DNA of 64,000 nucleotides from Escherichia coli (GTDB lineage Bacteria; Pseudomonadota; Gammaproteobacteria; Enterobacterales; Enterobacteriaceae). Numbering within the stretch: position 1 is the first letter of the stretch; every line of letters begins with the position of its first letter. A program made the translations under genes and the position numbers. This document shows, piece by piece, positions 11,024 to 25,093 of the stretch. Below the pieces are notes generated by a model that had not been told where the DNA came from, ran no database searches, and saw nothing but the letters and a program-made list of their open reading frames with translations. Where the stretch lies: NCBI RefSeq assembly GCF_030013595.1, contig NZ_CP122768.1; one strand, 5' to 3'.

Positions 11024-11045
11024 AAACATAGCAAAGGCTATGTTT
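11024..11045. promoter_or_regulatory. putative MntR operator
   Basis: Near-perfect palindrome AAACATAGC-AAAG-GCTATGTTT 12 bp upstream of mntH ATG. Confidence 0.6.
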
Positions 11046-11048
11046 TAG

Positions 11049-12420
<1,372 letters not shown>

Positions 12421-12436
12421 CCATTGGCAAATGTGT

Positions 12437-12763
12437 TTAATGGCGGTGTCCATGTCCGCGGCCTTTTCCGCGATGATCGTCACGATCGCGCCAGCCTTCA
12501 CGATAGCCACGCTCATACGCTTTACGCTTATCCCAGCCACGATGGTAGCCATTATCATGACGCCACCAGCGGTTCTTACGCCATTCATAATTGCGATGCC
12601 AGTAGTCACGGTCGCGCCAGTGACCACCGTCCCAGTAATTACCGTAATGATCGCGATCGCCAATTTGTAATTTGATTGATGGCAGTAGGGTGATTTCACC
12701 TGCGTTTGCCGCAAGCGGGGTAAATGCCATCAGGGCGGCCGCCAGAAACAGTGACCTGAACAT
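12437..12763 (-). CDS. ypeC: secreted DUF2502-type protein rich in His/Arg/Trp
   Basis: 108-aa ORF with signal peptide and [12 protein letters not shown]-type repeats. Confidence 0.85.
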
Positions 12764-12877
12764 TGTTATTCTCCTTCACGATCGAAGCCGTCAGCGGCCT
12801 GTTAACGCAATATTACGGGGAGGTAAAGCCCCGTATCATCGCCATAACTCTTAAATCATAAAGGAGAGCATTTTTTG

Positions 12878-14134
12878 CTAAACGTTATCGTGGGGTGGCT
12901 GTTGCTTCGGACGATTGACCATCATCATCGGCTTACCTGCTAATAACAGCCATGCCGGAAGCATGACGATACAGAGCAGCGGTAGCAATGTGGTATTGGG
13001 TACAACGACTGCCGCCATAAAAAGACTTAACCAGCCATCGCGTGTTACCACCAGCACGATGCCGAGAATAGCGCAGGAAACGGTTATTGCCGCTGGAACG
13101 GCGGGAACGTGCTCATGCAGCATCAACCCTAATGCCACGCCGACAAACACTGCCGGGAAGATTCGCCCACCGCGAAAGCCACTGGCGGCAGCAACGACCA
13201 GGGCGGCAAGTTTAATTACCGCCAGCAAAAAGTAATCGCTGGTGCTGAAAGCCTGATTTGCCACCATCTGCTGCATCTCATCCAGCCCTTTAAACAGCGA
13301 AACTGGTCCACCAATAACCCCCAGAATACCGAGAATAAATCCGCCAATACCCAGCACGAGCACCGGATTTTTCATTTGATGCATCATCGCGTGCAACCGT
13401 GGTAAGCACCATACGGCGACCATCCCTGCTGCGATGGCAATCGCCGCGACAATTGCACCGCTGAGAATATCGGTCATTTCCATTTGTCCGTAATGCGCAA
13501 TGGGCAGTGAAAAATGGGGATGGAAAAATAATCCGGTAGTAAGTGCACCAGCTGCTGCCGCCATTAACGGCGCAAAAAGACGATCCCATAGCGGAACTTC
13601 ACTACTACCATTTAAGGTTTGCGAAAATATCAACGCCGCCGCAACAGGTGTGCCAAACAGCGCGCCGATGGTTCCGGCAGAGGCTAAAATAGTCCACTCC
13701 ATTCGGTTGACGCGCGGTAACAGACGAGCGCCAATGGCAACCGCAAGGGCGATATTGACGGTCATGATCGGATGTTCTGGCCCCAGGCTGACGCCACCAG
13801 CAAGACCAAGAATTAATGCTACGATAAGTCCTGGTAGCGCAGAGGGCGGAACTGGTGCGCCGATCAGCGGTTCACAGGCGGGGTCTGGTCCGGCATGACC
13901 CTGGCTGAAACGGATAACCAACCCCACCGCAATACCTGTTAGCGTTAATATGGCGATGATCCAGAAAGGTGAATCCTGAGCTATCCCCAGAGTTCCCGGC
14001 AGTCGTTGCCAGAGCAAATTCTGTAATACCGAGGCGATTTTCATCACCACAATCAGAATAAGACTGGACGCAATCCCAATTGCCACGGCGGGGAGCGATA
14101 ATAACAACATGGTTCTGGCTCGCGGATGGAGCAT
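12878..14134 (-). CDS. yfeO: ClC-family putative ion channel/transporter
   Basis: 418-aa polytopic membrane ORF. Confidence 0.9.
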   Translation of the reverse strand: MLHPRARTMLLLSLPAVAIGIASSLILIVVMKIASVLQNLLWQRLPGTLGIAQDSPFWIIAILTLTGIAVGLVIRFSQGHAGPDPACEPLIGAPVPPSALPGLIVALILGLAGGVSLGPEHPIMTVNIALAVAIGARLLPRVNRMEWTILASAGTIGALFGTPVAAALIFSQTLNGSSEVPLWDRLFAPLMAAAAGALTTGLFFHPHFSLPIAHYGQMEMTDILSGAIVAAIAIAAGMVAVWCLPRLHAMMHQMKNPVLVLGIGGFILGILGVIGGPVSLFKGLDEMQQMVANQAFSTSDYFLLAVIKLAALVVAAASGFRGGRIFPAVFVGVALGLMLHEHVPAVPAAITVSCAILGIVLVVTRDGWLSLFMAAVVVPNTTLLPLLCIVMLPAWLLLAGKPMMMVNRPKQQPPHDNV

Positions 14135-14337
14135 GTTCTATTCCTTATGCGGGGTCAGATACTTAGTTTGCCCAGCTTGCAAAAAGGCATCGCTGCAATT
14201 GGTGCTGAAACGATAAAGTAATTGTGTGACCCAGATCGATATTTACAGGGAGCCTGCCTTTCCGGCGTTGTTGTTATGCCCCCAGGTATTTACAGTGTGA
14301 GAAAGAATTATTTTGACTTTAGCGGAGCAGTTGAAGA

Positions 14338-15303
14338 ATGACAAAGTATGCATTAGTCGGTGATGTGGGCGGCACCAACGCACGTCTTGCTCTGTGTGAT
14401 ATTGCCAGTGGTGAAATCTCGCAGGCTAAGACCTATTCAGGGCTTGATTACCCCAGCCTCGAAGCGGTCATTCGCGTTTATCTTGAAGAACATAAGGTCG
14501 AGGTGAAAGACGGCTGTATTGCCATCGCTTGCCCAATTACCGGTGACTGGGTGGCAATGACCAACCATACCTGGGCGTTCTCAATTGCCGAAATGAAAAA
14601 GAATCTCGGTTTTAGCCATCTGGAAATTATTAACGATTTTACCGCTGTATCGATGGCGATCCCGATGCTGAAAAAAGAGCATCTGATTCAGTTTGGTGGC
14701 GCAGAACCGGTCGAAGGTAAGCCTATTGCGGTTTACGGTGCCGGAACGGGGCTTGGGGTTGCGCATCTGGTCCATGTCGATAAGCGTTGGGTAAGCTTGC
14801 CAGGCGAAGGCGGTCACGTTGATTTTGCGCCGAATAGTGAAGAAGAGGCCATTATCCTCGAAATACTGCGTGCAGAAATTGGTCATGTTTCGGCAGAGCG
14901 CGTGCTTTCTGGTCCTGGGCTGGTGAATTTGTATCGCGCGATTGTGAAAGCCGACAACCGCCTGCCAGAAAATCTCAAGCCAAAAGATATTACCGAACGT
15001 GCGCTGGCTGACAGCTGCACCGATTGCCGCCGCGCGTTGTCGCTGTTTTGCGTCATTATGGGCCGTTTTGGCGGCAATCTGGCGCTCAATCTCGGGACAT
15101 TTGGCGGCGTGTTTATTGCGGGTGGTATCGTGCCGCGCTTCCTTGAGTTCTTCAAAGCCTCTGGTTTCCGTGCCGCATTTGAAGATAAAGGGCGCTTTAA
15201 AGAATATGTCCATGATATTCCGGTGTATCTCATCGTCCATGACAATCCGGGCCTTCTTGGTTCCGGTGCACATTTACGCCAGACCTTAGGTCACATTCTG
15301 TAA
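14338..15303 (+). CDS. glk: glucokinase
   Basis: 321-aa ORF with N-terminal [12 protein letters not shown]-binding motif. Confidence 0.97.
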   Translation: MTKYALVGDVGGTNARLALCDIASGEISQAKTYSGLDYPSLEAVIRVYLEEHKVEVKDGCIAIACPITGDWVAMTNHTWAFSIAEMKKNLGFSHLEIINDFTAVSMAIPMLKKEHLIQFGGAEPVEGKPIAVYGAGTGLGVAHLVHVDKRWVSLPGEGGHVDFAPNSEEEAIILEILRAEIGHVSAERVLSGPGLVNLYRAIVKADNRLPENLKPKDITERALADSCTDCRRALSLFCVIMGRFGGNLALNLGTFGGVFIAGGIVPRFLEFFKASGFRAAFEDKGRFKEYVHDIPVYLIVHDNPGLLGSGAHLRQTLGHIL

Positions 15304-15521
15304 CTCCTTCCTGTTATATCGGGAGGTAACTCTCCCGATAATCTTTTAAATCATACAGTTAATTCAATTTTTCTTTGTGTCCCCTCACAAGGCCGACCTG
15401 CGTCACACTTCCGTACAGCGGGATTAATTCTCCAGTAAATGCATTATTTGTCTGGTAACGGCGATTTGTTTTGCACGTTCATAATTTCACTCGTCAACTA
15501 TCACTGAATGAGGAATTAACG

Positions 15522-15848
15522 ATGAGTAAGAAACTGATTGCCTTATGTGCCTGCCCGATGGGCCTGGCTCACACCTTTATGGCCGCTCAGGCGCTGGAAG
15601 AAGCGGCGGTAGAAGCCGGTTATGAAGTGAAAATTGAAACCCAGGGCGCGGACGGCATCCAGAATCGTCTGACCGCGCAGGATATCGCCGAAGCGACCAT
15701 CATCATCCACTCCGTGGCGGTTACCCCGGAAGATAACGAACGTTTCGAATCACGCGACGTTTATGAAATCACTTTGCAGGATGCAATTAAAAACGCTGCG
15801 GGCATCATCAAAGAAATCGAAGAGATGATTGCCTCTGAACAACAGTAA
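15522..15848 (+). CDS. fryB: PTS fructose-like IIB component
   Basis: ORF 15471-15848; start refined to ATG 15522 after GAGGAA RBS (108 aa); CxxC-type IIB active-site region LCACPMG. Confidence 0.85.
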   Translation: MSKKLIALCACPMGLAHTFMAAQALEEAAVEAGYEVKIETQGADGIQNRLTAQDIAEATIIIHSVAVTPEDNERFESRDVYEITLQDAIKNAAGIIKEIEEMIASEQQ

Positions 15849-15869
15849 TATTCGACAGGGATAATTGTT

Positions 15870-17117
15870 ATGGCCATTAAAAAACGCAGTGCAACCGTTG
15901 TGCCTGGCGCATCCGGTGCGGCAGCGGCAGTTAAGAATCCGCAGGCCTCTAAAAGCAGCTTCTGGGGTGAACTCCCGCAGCATGTGATGTCAGGGATTTC
16001 ACGCATGGTGTCGACCTTAATTATGGGCGGTGTGATCCTCGCTTTCAGCCAGCTTATTGCTTATAGCTGGCTTAAAATTCCTGCTGATATCGGCATCATG
16101 GATGCTCTTAATAGCGGGAAATTCTCCGGTTTCGACCTTTCCTTACTGAAATTTGCCTGGCTGTCGCAGTCCTTCGGCGGCGTGTTGTTTGGTTTCGCCA
16201 TTCCGATGTTTGCCGCTTTTGTGGCGAACTCTATCGGCGGCAAACTGGCGTTCCCGGCTGGTTTTATTGGCGGCTTGATGTCTACCCAGCCGACGCAACT
16301 GCTGAACTTCGATCCCAGCACTATGCAATGGGCGACCTCTTCGCCGGTGCCGTCCACCTTCATTGGTGCGCTGATTATTTCTATCGTTGCTGGTTACCTT
16401 GTGAAATGGATGAACCAGAAAATCCAGTTACCGGATTTCCTGTTAGCGTTCAAAACCACTTTTTTGCTACCGATTCTTTCCGCCATTTTTGTCATGCTGG
16501 CGATGTACTACGTCATCACCCCCTTTGGCGGCTGGATCAACGGCGGTATTCGTGCCGTGCTGACTGCCGCAGGTGAGAAGGGCGCGCTAATGTATGCGAT
16601 GGGGATCGCCGCGGCGACAGCAATCGACCTTGGTGGCCCGATCAACAAAGCAGCTGGTTTCGTTGCCTTCAGCTTTACCACGGACCACGTATTACCGGTC
16701 ACCGCACGTTCTATCGCTATCGTTATTCCGCCGATTGGTCTGGGTCTGGCGACCATTATTGACCGTCGTTTAACCGGCAAACGCCTGTTCAACGCTCAAC
16801 TTTATCCGCAGGGTAAGACCGCGATGTTCCTGGCCTTTATGGGGATTAGTGAGGGTGCGATTCCGTTTGCGCTGGAAAGCCCCATCACCGCCATCCCGTC
16901 GTATATGGTCGGCGCGATTGTCGGCTCAACTGCAGCTGTCTGGCTGGGCGCAGTGCAATGGTTCCCGGAATCCGCTATCTGGGCATGGCCGCTGGTCACT
17001 AACCTGGGCGTCTATATGGCGGGGATCGCGCTGGGGGCAGTCATTACTGCGCTGATGGTGGTGTTCCTGCGTCTGATGATGTTCCGTAAAGGCAAATTGT
17101 TAATCGATAGCCTGTAA
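15870..17117 (+). CDS. fryC: PTS fructose-like IIC permease component
   Basis: 415-aa polytopic ORF. Confidence 0.9.
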   Translation: MAIKKRSATVVPGASGAAAAVKNPQASKSSFWGELPQHVMSGISRMVSTLIMGGVILAFSQLIAYSWLKIPADIGIMDALNSGKFSGFDLSLLKFAWLSQSFGGVLFGFAIPMFAAFVANSIGGKLAFPAGFIGGLMSTQPTQLLNFDPSTMQWATSSPVPSTFIGALIISIVAGYLVKWMNQKIQLPDFLLAFKTTFLLPILSAIFVMLAMYYVITPFGGWINGGIRAVLTAAGEKGALMYAMGIAAATAIDLGGPINKAAGFVAFSFTTDHVLPVTARSIAIVIPPIGLGLATIIDRRLTGKRLFNAQLYPQGKTAMFLAFMGISEGAIPFALESPITAIPSYMVGAIVGSTAAVWLGAVQWFPESAIWAWPLVTNLGVYMAGIALGAVITALMVVFLRLMMFRKGKLLIDSL

Positions 17118-17131
17118 GAAGGAAAATCCAG

Positions 17132-18217
17132 ATGACATTACTCGCTTCGCTGCGTGACTGGCTTAAGGCGCAACAACTGGATGCGGTGCTTCTCTCCTCA
17201 CGGCAGAACAAACAGCCGCATCTGGGGATCTCCACCGGATCAGGCTATGTGGTGATTAGCCGTGAAAGTGCGCACATTCTGGTGGACTCGCGCTATTACG
17301 CGGATGTCGAAGCCCGCACGCAAGGTTACCAGCTACATTTGCTTGACGCGACGCACACGCTTGCAACCATCGTCAATAAAATCATTGCCGATGAGCAGTT
17401 GCAAACGCTCGGTTTTGAAGGCCAGCAGGTAAATTGGGAAACCGCGCACCGCTGGCAGTCTGAACTCAATGCGAAACTGGTAAGCGCCACGCCGGATGTG
17501 CTGCGGCAAATCAAAACGCCAGAGGAGGTGGAGAAAATCCGCCTCGCCTGTGGGATTGCCGATCGCGGAGCGGAGCATATTCGCCGCTTTATTCAGGCGG
17601 GGATGAGCGAATGCGAGATTGCTGCTGAACTGGAGTGGTTTATGCGCCAGCAGGGCGCAGAAAAAGCCTCTTTCGATACCATTGTCGCCAGTGGCTGGCG
17701 TGGGGCGCTGCCGCACGGCAAAGCCAGCGACAAGATTGTTGCAGCGGGCGAGTTTGTCACTCTCGATTTCGGTGCGCTGTATCAGGGTTACTGCTCTGAT
17801 ATGACGCGTACCTTGCTTGTGAATGGCGAAGGGGTGAGCGCCGAATTTCACCCGCTGTTTGACGTCTATCAGATTGTTTTGCAGGCACAGCTCGCAGCAA
17901 TCTCCGCGATTCGCCCCGGCGTGCGCTGCCAGCAGGTTGACGACGCCGCGCGCCGGGTGATTACCGAGGCTGGATTTGGCGACTATTTCGGTCATAACAC
18001 CGGTCATGCTATCGGTATTGAAGTCCATGAAGATCCGCGTTTTTCACCGCGGGACACCACGACGCTACAGCCAGGCATGTTACTGACCGTGGAGCCGGGG
18101 ATTTATTTGCCAGGGCAAGGGGGCGTGCGCATCGAAGATGTTGTGCTGGTCACCCCGCAAGGCGCAGAAGTGCTCTACGCCATGCCGAAAACAGTGTTGC
18201 TCACGGGAGAGGCATAA
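17132..18217 (+). CDS. ypdF: M24-family Xaa-Pro aminopeptidase
   Basis: 361-aa ORF with creatinase/prolidase fold motifs (HGxGHxxGIEVHE). Confidence 0.9.
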   Translation: MTLLASLRDWLKAQQLDAVLLSSRQNKQPHLGISTGSGYVVISRESAHILVDSRYYADVEARTQGYQLHLLDATHTLATIVNKIIADEQLQTLGFEGQQVNWETAHRWQSELNAKLVSATPDVLRQIKTPEEVEKIRLACGIADRGAEHIRRFIQAGMSECEIAAELEWFMRQQGAEKASFDTIVASGWRGALPHGKASDKIVAAGEFVTLDFGALYQGYCSDMTRTLLVNGEGVSAEFHPLFDVYQIVLQAQLAAISAIRPGVRCQQVDDAARRVITEAGFGDYFGHNTGHAIGIEVHEDPRFSPRDTTTLQPGMLLTVEPGIYLPGQGGVRIEDVVLVTPQGAEVLYAMPKTVLLTGEA

Positions 18218-19254
18218 TGGATTTATCGTTATTAAAAGCGTTGAGCGAGGCAGATGCGATCGCCTCCTCGGAACAGGAAGTACGGCAGATCCTGCTGGAA
18301 GAAGCGGATCGCCTGCAAAAAGAAGTGCGATTTGATGGGCTGGGATCGGTGCTGATCCGACTCAATGAGTCGACAGGTCCGAAGGTGATGATCTGTGCGC
18401 ATATGGACGAAGTGGGATTTATGGTGCGCAGCATCTCCCGCGAAGGGGCGATTGATGTGCTGCCAGTTGGCAACGTGCGCATGGCTGCCCGACAGCTTCA
18501 GCCGGTGCGGATCACCACCCGTGAAGAGTGCAAAATACCTGGCCTGCTTGACGGCGACCGGCAGGGGAATGATGTCAGCGCCATGCGCGTGGACATTGGT
18601 GCGCGCTCGTATGACGAAGTGATGCAGGCGGGAATTCGTCCAGGCGATCGCGTCACCTTCGATACCACTTTTCAGGTTCTACCCCACCAGCGAGTGATGG
18701 GGAAAGCCTTTGATGACCGCCTCGGTTGCTACCTGCTGGTGACGTTACTGCGCGAACTACACAGCGCCGAACTGCCTGCGGAAGTGTGGCTGGTGGCCAG
18801 TTCCAGCGAAGAGGTGGGATTACGCGGCGGGCAAACCGCTACCCGTGCGGTTTCACCGGACGTTGCGATTGTGCTGGATACCGCCTGCTGGGCGAAAAAC
18901 TTTGATTATGGCGCGGCTAACCATCGTCAGATTGGTAACGGGCCGATGCTGGTGTTAAGCGACAAGTCGCTGATTGCGCCGCCAAAACTTACCGCGTGGA
19001 TTGAAACCGTGGCGGCAGAAATTGGCGTACCGTTGCAGGCGGATATGTTCAGCAACGGTGGCACGGACGGTGGGGCGGTGCACTTAACCGGCACTGGCGT
19101 ACCCACAGTGGTGATGGGGCCTGCCACCCGCCACGGACATTGCGCCGCATCGATTGCCGATTGCCGCGACATTTTGCAGATGCAGCAACTTTTATCTGCC
19201 CTTATTCAACGTCTTACCCGTGAGACGGTTGTTCAACTGACGGATTTCAGATGA
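18217..19254 (+). CDS. ypdE: M42-family aminopeptidase
   Basis: 345-aa ORF; start overlaps ypdF stop. Confidence 0.9.
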   Translation: MDLSLLKALSEADAIASSEQEVRQILLEEADRLQKEVRFDGLGSVLIRLNESTGPKVMICAHMDEVGFMVRSISREGAIDVLPVGNVRMAARQLQPVRITTREECKIPGLLDGDRQGNDVSAMRVDIGARSYDEVMQAGIRPGDRVTFDTTFQVLPHQRVMGKAFDDRLGCYLLVTLLRELHSAELPAEVWLVASSSEEVGLRGGQTATRAVSPDVAIVLDTACWAKNFDYGAANHRQIGNGPMLVLSDKSLIAPPKLTAWIETVAAEIGVPLQADMFSNGGTDGGAVHLTGTGVPTVVMGPATRHGHCAASIADCRDILQMQQLLSALIQRLTRETVVQLTDFR

Positions 19255-19278
19255 TCTCCTGATTAACCCGGAGCGGTT

Positions 19279-21774
19279 ATGTTAACGATTCAATTTCTCT
19301 GTCCTTTGCCTAACGGTATTCATGCTCGTCCGGCGTGGGAACTTAAAGAACAGTGCAGCCAGTGGCAAAGCGAAATCACTTTTATTAACCATCGCCAGAA
19401 CGCAAAGGCCGATGCGAAAAGTTCGCTGGCGCTGATTGGCACCGGCACTTTATTTAATGACAGTTGCAGCCTGAACATTAGCGGCAGCGATGAAGAGCAG
19501 GCGCGGCGCGTGCTGGAAGAGTACATCCAGGTGCGCTTTATCGACAGCGACAGCATCCAGCCAACACAGGCAGAACTGACGGCGCATCCGCTGCCGCGTT
19601 CATTAAGCCGTCTGAATCCTGATTTACTGTACGGCAATGTGCTGGCAAGCGGCGTCGGCGTGGGTACGCTGACCCTGTTACAGAGCGACAGCCTCGATAG
19701 TTATCGGGTAATCCCTGCCAGTGCGCAAGACTCCACCCGGCTGGAGCACAGCCTGGCAACGCTTGCCGAGCAACTGAACCAGCAACTGCGCGAGCGTGAC
19801 GGCGAAAGCAAAACTATCCTCAGCGCCCATTTGTCGCTGATCCAGGATGATGAATTTGCAGGCAATATCCGTCACCTGATGGCAGAACAGCATCAGGGGC
19901 TGGGGGCGGCGGTCATCAGCAATATGGAGCAGGTTTGTGCCAAACTTTCTGCTTCTGCCAGCGATTATCTGCGCGAGCGGGTCAGCGACATTCGCGATAT
20001 CAGCGAACAGCTGCTGCATATCACCTGGCCGGAACTGAAGCCGCGCAACAATCTGGTGCTGGAAAAACCGACTATTCTGGTGGCCGAGGATTTAACCCCA
20101 AGCCAGTTTTTGAGCCTCGATCTAAAAAATCTTGCGGGCATGATTCTGGAGAAAACCGGGCGCACCTCGCATACACTGATTCTGGCCCGCGCCTCGGCGA
20201 TCCCGGTTCTTAGCGGCCTGCCGCTGGATGCGATTGCCCGTTATGCCGGGCAACCGGCGGTGCTTGACGCCCAGTGCGGCGTGCTGGCGATTAACCCGAA
20301 TGACGCGGTGAGCGGTTATTATCAGGTCGCGCAGACGCTGGCGGATAAACGCCAAAAACAACAGGCGCAGGCTGCCGCGCAGCTGGCCTATTCCCGTGAT
20401 AACAAGCGTATTGATATTGCGGCGAATATCGGCACCGCTCTGGAAGCGCCAGGCGCGTTTGCCAACGGCGCGGAAGGCGTTGGGCTGTTTCGTACCGAAA
20501 TGCTCTATATGGATCGCGACAGCGCGCCGGACGAGCAGGAGCAATTTGAAGCCTACCAGCAGGTGCTACTGGCAGCGGGCGACAAGCCGATTATCTTCCG
20601 CACGATGGACATCGGCGGCGATAAAAGCATTCCTTATCTGAATATTCCCCAGGAAGAGAACCCGTTCCTCGGCTATCGCGCGGTACGTATTTACCCGGAA
20701 TTTGCTGGCCTGTTCCGCACTCAACTGCGGGCCATTTTGCGCGCCGCCAGTTTCGGCAACGCCCAGTTGATGATCCCAATGGTTCACAGCCTCGATCAGA
20801 TCTTATGGGTGAAGGGCGAGATCCAAAAAGCGATCGTTGAGCTTAAGCGCGATGGCCTGCGTCATGCAGAGACGATTACGCTGGGTATCATGGTGGAAGT
20901 GCCGTCGGTGTGCTACATCATCGACCACTTCTGCGATGAGGTCGATTTCTTCAGTATCGGTTCTAACGATATGACCCAGTATCTGTATGCGGTCGATCGT
21001 AATAACCCGCGCGTATCGCCGCTGTATAACCCGATTACGCCATCGTTCCTGCGCATGTTGCAGCAGATTGTTACCACTGCGCATCAGCGCGGCAAATGGG
21101 TAGGTATTTGCGGTGAACTGGGCGGTGAAAGTCGTTATCTGCCTCTACTGCTTGGGCTGGGCCTGGACGAGTTAAGCATGAGTAGCCCGCGCATTCCGGC
21201 GGTGAAAAGCCAGCTTCGTCAACTGGATAGCGAGGCGTGTCGGGAACTGGCGCGTCAGGCGTGCGAGTGCCGCAGTGCGCAGGAAATTGAAGCGTTACTC
21301 ACCGCCTTTACGCCGGAAGAAGACGTTCGCCCACTGCTGGCGCTGGAGAATATCTTTGTTGATCAGTACTTTAGTAATAAAGAGCAGGCGATCCAGTTCC
21401 TGTGCGGCAACCTTGGTGTTAACGGGCGTACTGAACATCCGTTTGAGCTGGAAGAAGATGTCTGGCAGCGGGAAGAGATTGTTACTACTGGCGTTGGTTT
21501 TGGCGTGGCGATCCCGCACACCAAATCTCAGTGGATCCGTCATTCCAGTATCAGCATTGCCCGGCTGGTGAAACCGGTTGACTGGCAGTCAGAGATGGGC
21601 GAAGTCGAACTGGTGATCATGCTGACGTTGGGTGCTAACGAAGGGATGAACCATGTGAAAGTCTTCTCGCAGCTGGCGCGCAAATTGGTGAATAAAAACT
21701 TCCGCCAGTCGTTGTTTGCCGCGCAAGATGCGCAAAGCATCCTGACGCTGCTGGAAACGGAATTAACCTTCTGA
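19279..21774 (+). CDS. fryA: PTS multiphosphoryl transfer protein (HPr-EI-IIA fusion)
   Basis: 831-aa ORF; enzyme I PEP-utilizing region (GGxxSHxxILAR) and C-terminal IIA domain. Confidence 0.9.
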   Translation: MLTIQFLCPLPNGIHARPAWELKEQCSQWQSEITFINHRQNAKADAKSSLALIGTGTLFNDSCSLNISGSDEEQARRVLEEYIQVRFIDSDSIQPTQAELTAHPLPRSLSRLNPDLLYGNVLASGVGVGTLTLLQSDSLDSYRVIPASAQDSTRLEHSLATLAEQLNQQLRERDGESKTILSAHLSLIQDDEFAGNIRHLMAEQHQGLGAAVISNMEQVCAKLSASASDYLRERVSDIRDISEQLLHITWPELKPRNNLVLEKPTILVAEDLTPSQFLSLDLKNLAGMILEKTGRTSHTLILARASAIPVLSGLPLDAIARYAGQPAVLDAQCGVLAINPNDAVSGYYQVAQTLADKRQKQQAQAAAQLAYSRDNKRIDIAANIGTALEAPGAFANGAEGVGLFRTEMLYMDRDSAPDEQEQFEAYQQVLLAAGDKPIIFRTMDIGGDKSIPYLNIPQEENPFLGYRAVRIYPEFAGLFRTQLRAILRAASFGNAQLMIPMVHSLDQILWVKGEIQKAIVELKRDGLRHAETITLGIMVEVPSVCYIIDHFCDEVDFFSIGSNDMTQYLYAVDRNNPRVSPLYNPITPSFLRMLQQIVTTAHQRGKWVGICGELGGESRYLPLLLGLGLDELSMSSPRIPAVKSQLRQLDSEACRELARQACECRSAQEIEALLTAFTPEEDVRPLLALENIFVDQYFSNKEQAIQFLCGNLGVNGRTEHPFELEEDVWQREEIVTTGVGFGVAIPHTKSQWIRHSSISIARLVKPVDWQSEMGEVELVIMLTLGANEGMNHVKVFSQLARKLVNKNFRQSLFAAQDAQSILTLLETELTF

Positions 21775-21776
21775 CG

Positions 21777-22634
21777 TTAGCCCTGAAAACGGGCGCTGTA
21801 CTCTCCCGGCGTCAGGCCAAACTGACGCCGGAAGACGCGACAAAAATAGTCGCTGTCCGGAAAGCCGCAACGCTGCGCCACTTCATGAATCGACAGATGA
21901 TATTTCTGCAAAATCATCCTCGCCTTCGCCATTCGCACCCAACGCACATATTCGATAAAACGCATTGTTCCATGCTGCGCAAACAGTTTTGACAGATGAT
22001 TGGGCGTGATATTAAAAAACAGCGCCACGCTCTCACGGGTGAGCGGCTGGGCATAATTATCCTGAACCCAGTTACAAATGCTGTGATAAAGAAAATCGCC
22101 GCGCGGCTGCGAATTGCCCGGCGGCATATTCACCACGTTGCGGCAAAGATGCAGCAAACTTAACACCAGCGGCTGAATGATATTCTGCTCCAGCGGCGAA
22201 CGGCTAAGATGGGTGAGGGCAGTAAGCATTGCTTCACCTTCGCCGCGTTGCAGGCTGGGAAGTTGGATCTGGCGAGCAGGATGCAACAACGACGTGGTGC
22301 GGCTATCGTAAAACGATAACCCAAGCCAGGTCGGCGCGAATACCAGGCTTAACAGCATTACCGGTTTGTTGTTGACCGGTAAATTAGCCGCGCGTGCCGG
22401 AATAAACAGCATTTCTCCTTCCACCATACGTTGCTGCTTTGCTTCCAGCAGATTGCCGTATTCGCCGCGTAGCACGATATCCAGACGGGGAAAATCAATA
22501 CATAAACTGCCCACTGGCAATGAGGCAGGCTGGCTGGCAAACCAGACGCGCCCCAGTAGTTGCGGGTTAAGCACCAGGCCGCTGAACAGATCGGCGAAAA
22601 ATTGTTGATCGGCGGGCAAGCCTGGTGCTTTCAT
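21777..22634 (-). CDS. ypdC: AraC-family transcriptional regulator
   Basis: 285-aa ORF with C-terminal AraC HTH. Confidence 0.85.
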   Translation of the reverse strand: MKAPGLPADQQFFADLFSGLVLNPQLLGRVWFASQPASLPVGSLCIDFPRLDIVLRGEYGNLLEAKQQRMVEGEMLFIPARAANLPVNNKPVMLLSLVFAPTWLGLSFYDSRTTSLLHPARQIQLPSLQRGEGEAMLTALTHLSRSPLEQNIIQPLVLSLLHLCRNVVNMPPGNSQPRGDFLYHSICNWVQDNYAQPLTRESVALFFNITPNHLSKLFAQHGTMRFIEYVRWVRMAKARMILQKYHLSIHEVAQRCGFPDSDYFCRVFRRQFGLTPGEYSARFQG

Positions 22635-22646
22635 GAAAGTTCCCGA

Positions 22647-23381
22647 TTAAAGATGCATTAACTGGCGGAATTCTTTAACTTTGCTGCGGCTGACCGGCAC
22701 TTCAAAATCCAGATCTTTCAGCCGCAGAATATAGGTGTTATTAAACCACGGTTCGATCTCGCGGATTTTGTTCAGATTGACACAAAATGAGCGATGGCAG
22801 CGGAAAAAATGCGACGGCGGCAGCTTGCTGCAAAACTCGGTAATGTTCATCGGCATTACGTAGGATTCACGCCGCGTATAGACAAAGGTCATTTTCTCGT
22901 GCGCTTCGGCGTAATAGATATCGTTAATTGGCGTGACAATGATTCGCTCATCTTTCACCAGATTAATGGTGTCATTCTCACGCGTTACCGTCGCGGCAGG
23001 CGTACTGCTGGTCTGCTGTTGTTGCCAGGCTGCTTCCAGTTTTTGCAGCATCCCGGTAATGCGTGACTCCTGATACGGTTTGAGAATGTAGTCAAACGCC
23101 TCCAGTTCAAACGCTTCTACCGCATGTTCTTTCCACGCGGTGATAAACACAATAAATGGTTTATGGGCGAACTGGCTGATGTTTTGTGCCAGCAACACAC
23201 CATCCAGCGACGGAATATTGATATCCAGAAAAATGGCGTCGACGCGGTTATGCTGCAAAAACTTCAACACGTCCAGACCGTCGTCAAAGGTGCCGACAAT
23301 CTCCATCTGGCTGTGCTCTTTAATTAGCCAGCTCAGTTCCTGTTGTGCCAGGAATTCGTCTTCAACAATGATGACTTTCAC
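22647..23381 (-). CDS. ypdB: LytTR-family response regulator of pyruvate-responsive two-component system
   Basis: ORF 22647-23399 (TTG-initiated in track); likely GTG start at 23381 after GGAG (MKVIIVEDEF..., 244 aa); REC plus LytTR domains. Confidence 0.85.
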   Translation of the reverse strand: MKVIIVEDEFLAQQELSWLIKEHSQMEIVGTFDDGLDVLKFLQHNRVDAIFLDINIPSLDGVLLAQNISQFAHKPFIVFITAWKEHAVEAFELEAFDYILKPYQESRITGMLQKLEAAWQQQQTSSTPAATVTRENDTINLVKDERIIVTPINDIYYAEAHEKMTFVYTRRESYVMPMNITEFCSKLPPSHFFRCHRSFCVNLNKIREIEPWFNNTYILRLKDLDFEVPVSRSKVKEFRQLMHL

Positions 23382-23395
23382 AATATCACTCCGGC

Positions 23396-25093
23396 TCAAA
23401 GCAATAATGTAGCCTGTGAGGCGACTGGGGTGCGTTGGTTAGGAATGTAAAACGCAATTTCCGTTCCTGGTTCCAGGCGGCGGATATGCAGCCCCTCGCC
23501 ATACAATAACTTCACACGATGATGGACATTCAGCAGGCCAATTTTATTGCCCGGCATTTCATTCGCTTCGACCCGCTCAATCACCTTTGGATCGATGCCG
23601 TGCCCGGTATCTCGCACCGCAATACGTACCCGATTACCGCACTCTGCAACGCTGATGGTGACAACGCCTTTACCTTTGCAAGGCTGGATACCGTGGACAA
23701 TGGCGTTTTCCACCAACGGCTGGATCAGCAGGCTGGGAATGCAGCAATTCACCTCTTCATCAATATCATAGATAACCGTCAGCTTGTCGCCAAAGCGGGC
23801 CTGCTCAATGGCAATATAGTCTTTAATTTGATACAGCTCTTTTTTGATATCGATTTGCTCATCGTCTTTTAATTCAATGTTATAGCGCAGATAACGCGAC
23901 AGATTAAAGATCAGCTGGCGAGCGGTATCCGGATTCAGACGGATTGACGATGAAATAGCGTTCAAAGCGTTAAACAGGAAATGGGGATTAATTTTGCTTT
24001 GCAGGGCGCGAAGCTCTGCCTTATTTGCCATTTCACGTAGCTGCTCGGCGCGTGAAACCTCCAGTTGCGTGGAGATGATTTGCGACAGACCGACCGCCAT
24101 TTCCTGTAATGATGACGTAATCTGATGCGCGTGGCAGTAGTAAATTTTCAGTGTTCCGGTCACAACGCCTTTCTCCCACAATGGGATCACCAGCATGGAA
24201 TGAATCTCTGGTGTGCGGTGGGCTTCATCATTGTTTTTAATGATGATTTTTCCGTAATTCATCGCCTGTCGGGTAGTCGGGCTAATGAAGTCATCGCCAT
24301 TCTGATAGTTGTGTTCACCCACGCCAACATAGGCCAGCACATGATCGGTATTGGTAATCGCCACCGCATCGGCATGAATATCATCGCGGATAATTTCACA
24401 AACTTTGCGTAATGACTCGCTATTGACATGGCGAAACAGCGGCAGCGTTTTGTTGGCGATATCCAGCGCCAGCTTGGCCTGCCGCGCGGCGCTGGCCTCT
24501 TTTTCGCCCTCAACGCTTTGCACCAGCAGCACAATAAAGCCGATACAGACGCTACCGAGGATCATCGGAATCCCGATTTTAGAGACGATATCGATCCCCA
24601 ACGCGGTAGTTGGTGCCCAGACAATCACCAGAATCATGGTCAACGTTTCACATAACATGCCGCCGAGAATACCGACGCGCCAGCGCTGTGCTTTGGGGAT
24701 TTTCAGGTTGATCCAGCCCGATATACAACCCGCCAGAATGCTGGTGATAAAGCAGGGGATCGCCGTCACGCCGCCGATATCAATTAAATACCGGTGAATA
24801 CCCGCAATCACGCCGGTAATGATGCCTACCCACGGGCCAAACAGAATCCCGCCTGACATCACCGCGATAATACGAACGTTCACTAGCGAGCCTTCTACGG
24901 GAACGCCGGACCAGGTGCTGAACAGGGCAAACAGCGAGAAAATGGCGGTAACAGCGAGCAACTCTTTTGGGGAGTGCGCCGACTTGTGCAACAGTTCGCG
25001 AAACAGGCGGATACGGATGAGAAAGAACAGGCAGATAAGCATTAACGCTGCCCGATCGAAGACCGCCAGCAGCATGTTGAATATTTCGTGCAC
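23396..25093 (-). CDS. ypdA: LytS-type sensor histidine kinase
   Basis: 565-aa ORF: multi-TM N-terminus, GAF-like middle, His-kinase C-terminus. Confidence 0.9.

Noticed and set aside
13500-13898. 132-aa ORF antisense to yfeO, plus other GC-rich antisense ORFs (for example 1001-1336, 14581-15273, 17333-18028, 26142-26582)
   Set aside because: Antisense or alternate frames within well-supported long CDSs; typical of high-GC codon-biased regions
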